Assembly: GCA_017544105.1 (NCBI GenBank)
Contig: JAFYEU010000099.1
Span: 763 to 64,762 of the forward strand
Direction: 5' to 3'
DNA: 64,000 bases
Source of the DNA: Bacteroidales bacterium
Lineage (GTDB): Bacteria > Bacteroidota > Bacteroidia > Bacteroidales > WCHB1-69
The position numbers and the translations under genes are program-made. This document shows, piece by piece, positions 43,361-52,308 of the stretch. Under the pieces are notes generated by a model. It searched no databases. It was not told the origin of the DNA and worked only from the letters and a program-made list of their open reading frames with translations. Position 1 is the first letter of the stretch; the number at the start of each line of letters is the position of its first letter.

Positions 43361-45664
43361 TTATTGTAAGGATAATCGGATGCCGGCATATCCCATGATG
43401 CCCGTGATGGGAGCATAGATCATGGTGGCGTCAAAATAATTCCCGAATGGGTCATCAGCGGCCACGATGGGGTCTTTCTGCTTGTAGTTGAGCATGTTCT
43501 CCGCGCCGACATAGATCTCCCATCGTCTAAATTTCTTGGTGATCTGCGCATTGAGCATGACGTAGGTCTTGGAGTAGTCGGGGCGCTGATAGGGCTCGGG
43601 ATTGTTGTGCGTGTCGGGAAGACGCGCGGGTCCGTTCACATGGGCCGTCACGTTGAACTTCCACTTGTCGTATTTCGTATTATAGCTGATACTTACAATG
43701 CTTTTGTGGGGACTCATCAGGTCTTTCTCCCGCATGATGCCGTGCACGCTGTAGCGCACATCGTTGTAGCGGTAGGCGAAGAGCAACTCAAAGCGAGGCA
43801 GGGGTTTGAGGATCAACTCCGCTTGCGCGGCGTGCGACCGCGACCGGTTGCCCGTGCCGTTGAATTGGCCGTTCAGGTTGTAGAAGATGATCTTGTGCGG
43901 GCTTTCGTCTAAGTCGATGATTACTTGATTGATGAAGTGTGTGTAGAAGTAGTCGATGGAGAACGAGGCAGTGCCACCCCGCATACGCCATTGTTTCACG
44001 ATGCTGACACCTGTGTTGTAAGCCTCCTCGGGTTGCTCTTCATCGCGTTGATAAACCCTTCTGTTAGAACTTAGCAAGGCTACGTTCTCAGCCATGGTGG
44101 ACGAAGTGCGGTAGCCTTTGCCCGCCGACATGCGGACGGATAAAGTGGGTGTTGCCTGCCATTTGATGTGCAACCTCGGTGTCCAGAACAAACGATTATA
44201 CATGATATTATAATCTAACCGGATGCCTGGCATCACCACTAGTTTATCTTTTATAATATAGGCGTATTCGGCAAATACTCCGGGAACCATTTCGAACTTT
44301 TCATCACCCCAACGCAAAAGCTGGAAGGGTGATCCGCTGGGCAGTTGGTCATCATCGTTATACAGCCAATCGTGCAGATAGTCGCATTGAAAACTGCCAC
44401 CAGCGGTGAGCTTGTGCCGTAGTGTTTCTCCAAACTTTCTGCTGTAAAGGATGTTTAAGTAGGCAGACTGTTGTTTTCCTGTATAATGGTTCCTGCCAAA
44501 CTGTCCGATCATATTGTGGCCGGTGTAGTGCAGGATGGTGCCGATGCTCTCTTCGGGACCTTTGAGCAAGAATCCGTTTTTGGTGATGATGTCCCATTTC
44601 TTATGATCAATGGCTATGCCATAGACGTCGGGTTGCGTGGCGCTGATGGAGGGCTTGAAGGCCATCTGCCCGCCGAAGCGGTTGTCCCATACGAAGTTCA
44701 GAAGCGTACGATGGTCATATTTGTCGGGGATGTCAAAATCCCAGCGGTTCATCACGCTGACCTGCCGGTCGCGGGGCACATCCATGAAGCCGTCCTTGTT
44801 CATGTCCATCTTGGCGAACTGGTCGCTGGCCGAGAGGAACAGCATGGTGCTGGCGCGCTCTTTTTTGTCCACCCTGAAGCGGGTGTTGAGGTTGAGTTCC
44901 CCGCGGCCCATGCTGTTGCCGTACAGGTTAAGGAACAGCTGCTCGCGGTTGGTCACGGGCTTCTTGTACTCCACGTCGATCTGGCCGCTGATAGCCTCGT
45001 AGCCGTTGGTGACAGAGGTGATTCCTTTGGAAACGTGTATCGACTCCATCCAGCTGCCGGGTATAAATCCAAGGCCGAACTGCTGGGTGAGCAGCCGGAT
45101 GTAGGGCACGTTTTCGATCATGATCTGGCTGTAGGTGCCTGCCAGGCCTAACATGGAGATCTGCTTGACCCCGGTCACGGCGTCCGTGAAGTCCATGTCC
45201 ACCGCGATGGTGCCCTCAAAGCTTTCCGCCAGGTTGCAGCAGGCTGCCCGTCGCAGGCCTTCCTGAGTGATGACGGTTGTCAGGATGGGTTGGGCCGACA
45301 CGTAAGAACCGTCGCCCGAGGTGATACGGACCTCCGGCAACTGCTTGGAACGGTCGAGCTGTATGAGGATGTCATGGGTGGATGATGGCACGATGACCGT
45401 GTCGGTTGCCAACAAGGGGAAATTGACGATCAGGGTGTCGCTCTTGGTGCGGCGTATGGTAAAGCGGCCGTCACCATCGGTGAAGGTGCCCACGTCTGTG
45501 TGGAGCCACTGGATGGTGGCCATGGGAATAGCGGTCGTGTCTTCCGATGAAATCTCGACGACTCGTCCCCGCAACTCTTGAGCTGAAATAGTTTGGGATA
45601 GTGAGAGCAGCGTCAGGAAGGCTACAAGAGACAGGAATCCAAACCTGGGAGATGTGGTGCACAT
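43361..45664 (-). CDS. TonB-dependent receptor with N-terminal carboxypeptidase-regulatory-like domain
   Basis: Has a signal peptide. CarbopepD_reg region (ELRGRVVE...GRFTI), plug, and a 22-strand-type barrel ending ...GYAGIRLSLQ. Confidence 0.8.
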   Translation of the reverse strand: MCTTSPRFGFLSLVAFLTLLSLSQTISAQELRGRVVEISSEDTTAIPMATIQWLHTDVGTFTDGDGRFTIRRTKSDTLIVNFPLLATDTVIVPSSTHDILIQLDRSKQLPEVRITSGDGSYVSAQPILTTVITQEGLRRAACCNLAESFEGTIAVDMDFTDAVTGVKQISMLGLAGTYSQIMIENVPYIRLLTQQFGLGFIPGSWMESIHVSKGITSVTNGYEAISGQIDVEYKKPVTNREQLFLNLYGNSMGRGELNLNTRFRVDKKERASTMLFLSASDQFAKMDMNKDGFMDVPRDRQVSVMNRWDFDIPDKYDHRTLLNFVWDNRFGGQMAFKPSISATQPDVYGIAIDHKKWDIITKNGFLLKGPEESIGTILHYTGHNMIGQFGRNHYTGKQQSAYLNILYSRKFGETLRHKLTAGGSFQCDYLHDWLYNDDDQLPSGSPFQLLRWGDEKFEMVPGVFAEYAYIIKDKLVVMPGIRLDYNIMYNRLFWTPRLHIKWQATPTLSVRMSAGKGYRTSSTMAENVALLSSNRRVYQRDEEQPEEAYNTGVSIVKQWRMRGGTASFSIDYFYTHFINQVIIDLDESPHKIIFYNLNGQFNGTGNRSRSHAAQAELILKPLPRFELLFAYRYNDVRYSVHGIMREKDLMSPHKSIVSISYNTKYDKWKFNVTAHVNGPARLPDTHNNPEPYQRPDYSKTYVMLNAQITKKFRRWEIYVGAENMLNYKQKDPIVAADDPFGNYFDATMIYAPITGIMGYAGIRLSLQ

Positions 45665-45676
45665 TATGGAAAGTCT

Positions 45677-46864
45677 TTATTCGGAAAGTTGGATTTTGAT
45701 GTCGTTCAGTACATTCATGTAGTTGATGAATGCCTGGTAAGGAGATGAATAGACTTCGAAGTTGCGTTTCACAAACCGGTGTTCCAGCCATTTGTTACTC
45801 ATGAAGTTGAAATGATCGGCACCTTGCAGTCTTAGCCAGGCCAGTTTGGCCTCTTTGTTTTTGGACTTTTTATATAAGTCTTCCAGTTTGAAGAGTTGGT
45901 TGAAAGCTTCTTGCTGTAGGGAGTTGCCAATCCACTCGTTGGTGTCTTTTTCTTCGCCGGAGCAGGAAATGGGCCACGGGGCGTGGAGTGTGGAGACCGG
46001 GGTGTCCATGGTCAGTACATCGGTTGGGGAGATGAATTGGAAGGAGCCGCTCTGTACCAGCTTGTCAATGAGGCTTCTGAAGAAGTCAAAGATGCCGGTT
46101 TCGGCGGGATAATGCTCGCCCATCGTCTCATAGTCCCAGAAAAAGTTGAAGAGCGGTCCATCGCTTTCGCCCATGGTGTTATGCAGGAACTGCATATACT
46201 TGTCGGCCGTCAGCGGATACTGGTCCCAAGAGCGGTCTTGGAAACGCAGGGTGATGTCATCGCATAAGCGATAGCTGCGGAGCAGCAGGCGTAAGTCGGT
46301 CTGATAAGGGTTGCAGTAGAGGAAGGAGGTGTTCTTCCAGCCGAGGATATGGCGGGCGCCTTCTGTGAGGACCACCTGATAGCCGGCTTCGCTTAGCCAT
46401 TCGCCAATCTCATCGGAGTAGATGATCTCCGTGTTGCAGAAACTCTTGGGTTTCACGCCAAAGGTCTCCTTCAGCAGTTTCTCCTGTAATTTCACTTGTT
46501 CCAGGAAGGTGGTCTTGTTGTTCAAGGAGGCGATGCTGTGGGTGTAGGTGTTGCCCGTGATCTCCACGCAGCCGGTGGCAATCAGCTCCTTGAAACTGTC
46601 AATGACTTCCGGACAGTATTGTTTGAAGAGGTTGATGGAGCTTCCGGAGATGCTGAAGCTGAGCTTGAACTGTTTCTCGTATTTCTTGATGAGGTCCAAC
46701 ATCATCTTGTTGGCAGGCAGGTAGCAGCGTTCGGCTAGACGTTGGGTGAGGTAATGGTTCTGATAGTCGTCATAATAGTCATGTCGTTCGTTGATGTCGA
46801 AGAACCGATAGGTGCGCAGCCGGAAGGGCTGGCTAATCTGAAAGTGAAAACATATCTTTTTCAT
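45677..46864 (-). CDS. Glycoside hydrolase family 57 (alpha-amylase-like)
   Basis: I placed the start at MKKICFHFQISQPFRLR (ATG 46864). GH57 N-terminal pattern (HQP.R...Y.....YLPAN..L..L......K.SFSISG) within a glycogen-cluster context. Confidence 0.8.
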   Translation of the reverse strand: MKKICFHFQISQPFRLRTYRFFDINERHDYYDDYQNHYLTQRLAERCYLPANKMMLDLIKKYEKQFKLSFSISGSSINLFKQYCPEVIDSFKELIATGCVEITGNTYTHSIASLNNKTTFLEQVKLQEKLLKETFGVKPKSFCNTEIIYSDEIGEWLSEAGYQVVLTEGARHILGWKNTSFLYCNPYQTDLRLLLRSYRLCDDITLRFQDRSWDQYPLTADKYMQFLHNTMGESDGPLFNFFWDYETMGEHYPAETGIFDFFRSLIDKLVQSGSFQFISPTDVLTMDTPVSTLHAPWPISCSGEEKDTNEWIGNSLQQEAFNQLFKLEDLYKKSKNKEAKLAWLRLQGADHFNFMSNKWLEHRFVKRNFEVYSSPYQAFINYMNVLNDIKIQLSE

Positions 46865-46865
46865 A

Positions 46866-48142
46866 TCATACGTATTTTTCATAAATGATTTTGAGTCTTT
46901 TGGCCACATCCTCCCATTTCAGGTTGTTGGCCTCCTCTTGTCCTTTCACAGACAGGATGTTGTACAGGGAGGGGTAGTGGAGTATGCCGTAGATGGCGTC
47001 GGCCATGGCGTTGATATCCCAGAAGTCAACCTTGATGGCATAGTTCAGCACTTCTGACACACCCGATTGTTTGGAGATGATGACGGGCACTTTGGACTGC
47101 ATGGCTTCCAGAGGGGAGATGCCGAAGGGCTCGGAGATGGAGGGCATCACATAGACGTCGCTCATGCCGAACATCTTGTCGATGTCGGTGCCGCGCAGGA
47201 AGCCGGTGAAGTGGAAGCGGTCGGAGATGCCGAGTTCCGCCACACGGTCGATGACCACCTGCATCATGTCGCCGTCGCCGGCCAGCACGAAGCGCACGTT
47301 GGGGTCGCGGTCCAGTACCATCTTGGCCGTCTCCACGAAGTAGATCGGTCCTTTTTGGAAGGTGACACGTCCCAAGAAGGTGACGATCTTCTCGTTCACA
47401 TTCCGGGCGAAGGCGTGCTTCTGAGGGTTGGGGACCACGGCATTGTGAAGGGTGTACCCTTGTCGGCCGGGATGCCATATTTCTCAATGACAATCTGGCG
47501 AGTCAGGTTGCTGACGGCGCACACGGCGTCGGCAGCCATCATGCCCTCGCGTTCCATGTTATAGACGATGTCGTTGCGGTTGTTCTCACCCGAGCGGTCA
47601 TATTCGGTGGCATGGATGTGGACTACCAGGGGCTTGCCACTCACACGTTTGGCGGCTATGCCGGCACGGTAGGTCAGCCAGTCGTGCGCGTGGATGATGT
47701 CGAACTCCTCATTCTTCGCAATCTCCGCGGCCACTTCCGCATAACGGGCCACTTCCTGCATCAGGTTGGGGCCGTAGCCCGGCGTGAAGATGTAGCGCCG
47801 ACGAGTCCCGACGGTGTGCTCGTCTATCAGTCCGCTGTCCAGTTGGTTGACTACATTGTAATAGTCGTCCAGCCCGACGTAGGGGATCAGGTTGGTGTTG
47901 ACTTGCAGGTAGGAGACCTGCTGATCTCGTGTGTAAAAACTGGCCATACGAGTGTCCACCTCCACATCACTGGCGTTGACAACCCGTACGTAGGTCGGGT
48001 CCTCATCGCCCGAGGCTTTCGGCATGACGAAGGTGACATCCACGCCGTTGATGGACAGGCCTTTGGTAAGTCCATAGCAGGCTGTGCCCAAACCTCCGGA
48101 GATGTGTGGCGGAAATTCCCATCCAAACATTAAAACTCTCAT
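46866..48142 (-). pseudogene. GT4 glycosyltransferase (glycogen-synthase-like), split by a single-base frameshift
   Basis: The N-terminal half (47396-48142) reads MRVLMFGWEFPPHISGGLGTACYGL... . The C-terminal half (46866-47438) reads ...VPNPQKHAF...VTFLGRVTFQKG...EPFGISPLEAM. At ~47447-47452 one frame reads GIPADKGTPFTMP, while the adjacent frame reads YTLHNAVVPNPQ. The expected ...ADKvYTLHNAVVP is restored by adding 1 nt at the ggg run. Confidence 0.75.
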
Positions 48143-48171
48143 ATCGTTTGTGTTTATTCTTTACGTTTAAA

Positions 48172-50118
48172 TCATTTATTTGAATGCTGATCCAGGCGCC
48201 ATTTGATGTAGAGCAGTGCTGCCACGCTCCACGCCTGTGAGATGCAGCCATTGGGCTTGAAAGGAGGGTCGCCGTCTGTGATCTCTGCCACCGTGGAGAT
48301 GCCGTAGTGGGTCATACAGCTGTCGAAACGGTAGAGTACCTTCTCCAAGAAGGGGACGCAGGAGTCCTGATATACCGCGAACATGCCATCGGTGAACGGG
48401 AAGAGCAGCCATATCCAGCAGGTGCCCTGATGGTAGGCGGCATCGCGTTCGGCTTGGTTGCCCAGATAGTGTCCCTTGTATTCCGAGTCGTTCGGAGAGA
48501 GGCTGCGGATACCCTTCTCGGTAAGCAGCTCCTCGCAGGTGCGCTTCAGGATCAGCTGGCGGATCTTCTCACTGACCGGACAATAGGGTAGGGAGGCTGC
48601 AATCATCATGTTGGGACGTACTTGGAAATTCTTGTAGGCGCCATTGGTGTAGTCGGCGAGATAGCCGATCTCCTTGGACCAGAAGTTGTCCTTAAAGACT
48701 GTCGGGAAGTCCTTGATGAGTTCTTCCCATTCGTTGACGAACTCTTTGTCCTTGGCACTCTGTGCCACCTCGATGCTGAATTTGACGGCATTGTACCAAA
48801 GCGCGTTGATCTCCACCTGGCAGCCAGTGCGTGGGGTGACTGGCTTGCCGTCCACGATGGCGTCCATCCAGGTCAGGGCCAACCCCTCGCCGCCGGCATA
48901 GATCAACCCGTTGTCCAGACGATGGATATGGTTGAGGGTGCCATGGCGGTAGGCGTTGAGGATCTTCTTCATGGTGTCTCCGTACTCCTCCCATATCTTA
49001 CGTTTGGTGCGGGTCTTCTCTGCGTACAGTTGAAGGGTGCGGAAGAACCATAACGGGGCATCCACGGAGTTGTAGGCGGCCGAGGAGCCATTGCCGATGT
49101 TCGGGAAGAGCCCTTCGTTCATCTCGGCAATCATATCGTCCATGATCTCCTTGCATAACTCAGTCTTGTTCAGGGCCAGCGTCAGTCCAGGCAGGGCGAT
49201 GAAGGTGTCGCGACCCCAGCGGCCGAACCAGGGATAACCAGCGATGATCTCCGTATGGCCGTTGCGCTTGACGATGAACTGCTCCGCGGCATTCTTCAAG
49301 CAATTGAAGAAGGAGGAACGGTTGGTGTGATGTGCGCTCTCCTGTTGGTAGAGGTCGGCAAGCTCCTTGGGGTCGATGGGCTCTGTGCCAATGGTGATAT
49401 AAAACTCTTTGGCCGATACTTGGGCAGTCAGCCGCCCCGGCATGAAGAGATCTTCAAGCCCGTCATAGCCACGCTTCAGCTCCTCTTCGTACTCCACATC
49501 GCGGTACCATTGCGGGTTGTGCTCGTAAAGGACAGGCTCCGAGCATTGGATGTACACGGGCGAGAAGTTGTCGTACAGACAGAATCCCACGCCCTGATCC
49601 ACGGTCTCAAAACCGGTCTTCACCGCATTGTTGCAATGGGTGAGGCTGTGGATGGAACGGAAGGCCAACAGGGGGTTGAAGATGAAAGAGGCGCTGTCGA
49701 AGTCGTCCAGAATGGTGTATTTGATGACCAGCCGGTCGGCGTTGTTGAGGAATAGCAACTCTTTGGTGAAGTTGAACTTGCCCACCCGGTACAGGTAGGA
49801 AGGGATGTTGTCGGCGGTGAAGTGTTGGAGGTACTTGTTGCCTTTCGGCTCAATGATGCCTCCTTTATACTGCACCACACCGATATGGAAATCCATATTG
49901 TTGATCACGACGGTTTCGTTCAGGCTGGAAACCAGCAGATGCCGTTCGCCGTTCATCTTGTCTTGGGGCACGATGAAGAGGCCGTGGTATTTGCGGGTGT
50001 TGAGCCCCACCAAGGTGGTGGTGGCGAAAGAGCCCGTCCTGCTGCAGCGCAGAATCTCTCGGGATGTGGAGAAGTGCAGGTTGACGAGGTCGTTTTTGTC
50101 GAATTCAATATAGCTCAT
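48172..50118 (-). CDS. Amylo-alpha-1,6-glucosidase/glycogen debranching enzyme family protein
   Basis: 648 aa. GDE N-terminal region (LVGLNTRKYHGLF) and C-terminal (alpha/alpha)6 region (YPWFGRWGRDTFIALPGL...ALTWMDA...QAWSVAALL). Confidence 0.8.
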   Translation of the reverse strand: MSYIEFDKNDLVNLHFSTSREILRCSRTGSFATTTLVGLNTRKYHGLFIVPQDKMNGERHLLVSSLNETVVINNMDFHIGVVQYKGGIIEPKGNKYLQHFTADNIPSYLYRVGKFNFTKELLFLNNADRLVIKYTILDDFDSASFIFNPLLAFRSIHSLTHCNNAVKTGFETVDQGVGFCLYDNFSPVYIQCSEPVLYEHNPQWYRDVEYEEELKRGYDGLEDLFMPGRLTAQVSAKEFYITIGTEPIDPKELADLYQQESAHHTNRSSFFNCLKNAAEQFIVKRNGHTEIIAGYPWFGRWGRDTFIALPGLTLALNKTELCKEIMDDMIAEMNEGLFPNIGNGSSAAYNSVDAPLWFFRTLQLYAEKTRTKRKIWEEYGDTMKKILNAYRHGTLNHIHRLDNGLIYAGGEGLALTWMDAIVDGKPVTPRTGCQVEINALWYNAVKFSIEVAQSAKDKEFVNEWEELIKDFPTVFKDNFWSKEIGYLADYTNGAYKNFQVRPNMMIAASLPYCPVSEKIRQLILKRTCEELLTEKGIRSLSPNDSEYKGHYLGNQAERDAAYHQGTCWIWLLFPFTDGMFAVYQDSCVPFLEKVLYRFDSCMTHYGISTVAEITDGDPPFKPNGCISQAWSVAALLYIKWRLDQHSNK

Positions 50119-50139
50119 ATTACAATGGTAGTTATATGG

Positions 50140-51147
50140 TTATGAAATCTGTTCAAGGATGGTGACGGCGGCGGCACGGGCGTCCTGGATGGTGTCCTGG
50201 ATGGACATGGGGCGCTTGCAGGCCCCGGCCAGGAAGAGCCCTTCCTGCTTCGTCAGGTTGTCTTGTAAATGTTCTGACACGCTCTGGGCGAAGTGGTAGT
50301 CGCCAGCGATGCCCGTGGCCTGAGCCAGTCGGGCCGTGCCTTCAGAGGCGCACATGCCTACCATCAGCACCAGAAGGTCGGTGTTCATGTTGAGCGGCAG
50401 CCCCATCAGCGTGTCTTCTGCCTTCAGCTGCACCCGCTGGTCATAGGTGGAGGCAGCCTCCGAGATGCGGCCTCTCACAAAGTTGACGCCGTACTGCTCT
50501 TGCGCGGTGCGGTACATCTCCTCAAATCCCTGCCCCCACATGCGGAGGTCCATGTAGAAGACATAAGCAGTGGTGTTCGGGAGCATCTTGCGCACCTCGA
50601 TGGCCTGCTTGACTGCCGTCACACAGCAGACCTTGGAGCAGTAGTGGTTGCCCGACTTCTCGTCGCGGGAGCCCACGCACTGCAGGAAGGTGACGCTCTT
50701 GGGCGCCTCCCCGATGGCGTTGGTAATCTTCCCCTCTCGGATCATCTTTTCCAAATCAATGGAAGTTATGATACCGGGGTAGATGCCGTAGCCCAGCTCC
50801 TCTTTCTTGTGGGCATCGAAGACCTCGTAGCCAGTGGCGAGCACCACGTAGTCGGAGTCATAGCGGTTGCCGGCAGCATCGGTGAGTTGCCAGCCGGACT
50901 GCACTTTCTGCAGGTCGGTGATGTTGGAACCGCAATACAGGGAGATCCGTGGATGCTCCAACTTCTGTATCATCTTGTCGGCCAGCTCGTCTGCGGAGGT
51001 GAAGTCGGGAAACAAAAGAGCTTTGTTGCGTATGTTGCATAATGGAGCGGTCTCCTTTTCGAAGAGCATTACGTCGTGTTGTTTGGCTAAGACAGCGGCT
51101 GTTTCGATGCCGGCTGCGCCCGCTCCTATAATGGCGATTTTTGACAT
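50140..51147 (-). CDS. FAD-dependent oxidoreductase, HdrA-like
   Basis: Rossmann loop IAIIGAGAAGIETA and HdrA-like stretches (CSKVCCVTAVKQAIEVRK, LFLAGACKRP). Confidence 0.6.
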   Translation of the reverse strand: MSKIAIIGAGAAGIETAAVLAKQHDVMLFEKETAPLCNIRNKALLFPDFTSADELADKMIQKLEHPRISLYCGSNITDLQKVQSGWQLTDAAGNRYDSDYVVLATGYEVFDAHKKEELGYGIYPGIITSIDLEKMIREGKITNAIGEAPKSVTFLQCVGSRDEKSGNHYCSKVCCVTAVKQAIEVRKMLPNTTAYVFYMDLRMWGQGFEEMYRTAQEQYGVNFVRGRISEAASTYDQRVQLKAEDTLMGLPLNMNTDLLVLMVGMCASEGTARLAQATGIAGDYHFAQSVSEHLQDNLTKQEGLFLAGACKRPMSIQDTIQDARAAAVTILEQIS

Positions 51148-51171
51148 GTCGTTAGTTTTTAGAGTTTTGTT

Positions 51172-52227
51172 TTATACTTTGAGTACGGAAGGTTTGCCCG
51201 GCAACGGGAGAATCTTGCCGTCATAGCCTCTGTATTTCTCGTTGGGATTATATTCTATGCCGATCTTGTTCAGCAGACTTTCGCATTGCACTTGGTGGAG
51301 CTGCAGGCCGAGGACCCAGGGGTCGTAGCCCAGAAGCAGTCCTGCCATCTCCTCGTAGGTGAGGACGGGGATGCCATATCCCTCCTTGTCGTAAGTCTTG
51401 TGTTCCATCTCGGCGATGGTGTATTGCCACTTGTCGAGGAACATGCTGCAACCCGGGCAGTTGCATACGATGAAGTCGGGCTCGTAGGGCTCCATGGATT
51501 CGAATTTCTTGCGGGAGTTGGAGACGGAATAGCCGCGGTTTTCCTGTACCAGATACTGGCGGAAGCCGAAGCCGCAACAGTGTCTTCTCTCGGGATAGTC
51601 CACCACCTCGCCGCCCCAGGCCTCTATCATGCCTGCCAGTACGTAGGGGAACTCTGCATTGCCGACCCCGTGCTTCGGGAAGATCTTGGCATAATGGCAT
51701 CCGATGTGCTCCACCACTCGCAGAGGTTTGCCGGTGAACCGGTTGACCAGCTGGTATTTCATCTTCTCCTTCAGCTCGTTGCGGTAGGAGAAGATGATGT
51801 CTGAAGGGTGGGCGATGTTCTTGGGTATCTCGAAGGTGCGGCCCGTGGCCTTATATAGCAGCTCGCGTGCCTGCTCCAGCAATGCCGGGTCCTCCTCCCA
51901 TTTCTCCAAGATCTCCGTGAAGACCCCGAAAGAGGTGACGCAGGAGGGCACATAGTTTTCGTAACCATTCTCTTTCATCAGCGAGAACAGACGGGCCACG
52001 ATGGTCATGGTCGTTTCGAAGGGCACCACATCGGAGTGGTAGCCGATGCCGGTGCAGGTGTGCTGGTGCGAGGAGTCGTAGATGTCCAAGCCCAAATCGT
52101 TCCGGAGTATGTTGATAAAGGCTGCCTCCGACCCAGGAAAGAAGGTTTGGCGGATGCAACTGCGCTCATAGAAAAAATGGTCTCTCGCGATAGCTTTCTG
52201 ATAATCGTTCCAATAGCGTTTTCCCAT
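51172..52227 (-). CDS. HdrB-like CCG-domain iron-sulfur protein
   Basis: Cys-rich CCG-type motifs (RRHCCGFGFRQ, CNCPGCSMFLDKW). Pairs with the HdrA-like gene downstream. Confidence 0.55.
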   Translation of the reverse strand: MGKRYWNDYQKAIARDHFFYERSCIRQTFFPGSEAAFINILRNDLGLDIYDSSHQHTCTGIGYHSDVVPFETTMTIVARLFSLMKENGYENYVPSCVTSFGVFTEILEKWEEDPALLEQARELLYKATGRTFEIPKNIAHPSDIIFSYRNELKEKMKYQLVNRFTGKPLRVVEHIGCHYAKIFPKHGVGNAEFPYVLAGMIEAWGGEVVDYPERRHCCGFGFRQYLVQENRGYSVSNSRKKFESMEPYEPDFIVCNCPGCSMFLDKWQYTIAEMEHKTYDKEGYGIPVLTYEEMAGLLLGYDPWVLGLQLHQVQCESLLNKIGIEYNPNEKYRGYDGKILPLPGKPSVLKV

Positions 52228-52257
52228 AGTATGTCAATTCCTAAAAAAGATAGGCTG

Positions 52258-52265
52258 CAAACATA
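52258..52265 (-). promoter_or_regulatory. Bacteroidota -7 box (tatgtttg) heading the hdr-like/glycogen/TBDR minus-strand gene string
   Basis: The reverse complement of caaacata is tatgtttg, 31 nt upstream of the ATG at 52227. Confidence 0.55.
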
Positions 52266-52278
52266 CGAAAATATTTGT

Positions 52279-52286
52279 TATTTTTG
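52279..52286 (+). promoter_or_regulatory. Bacteroidota -7 box (tatttttg) for Na/Pi cotransporter gene
   Basis: TAnnTTTG match 23 nt upstream of the ATG at 52309. It is divergent from the previous box. Confidence 0.55.
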
Positions 52287-52308
52287 CACGATTTTTTTTG
52301 TATAGAAA

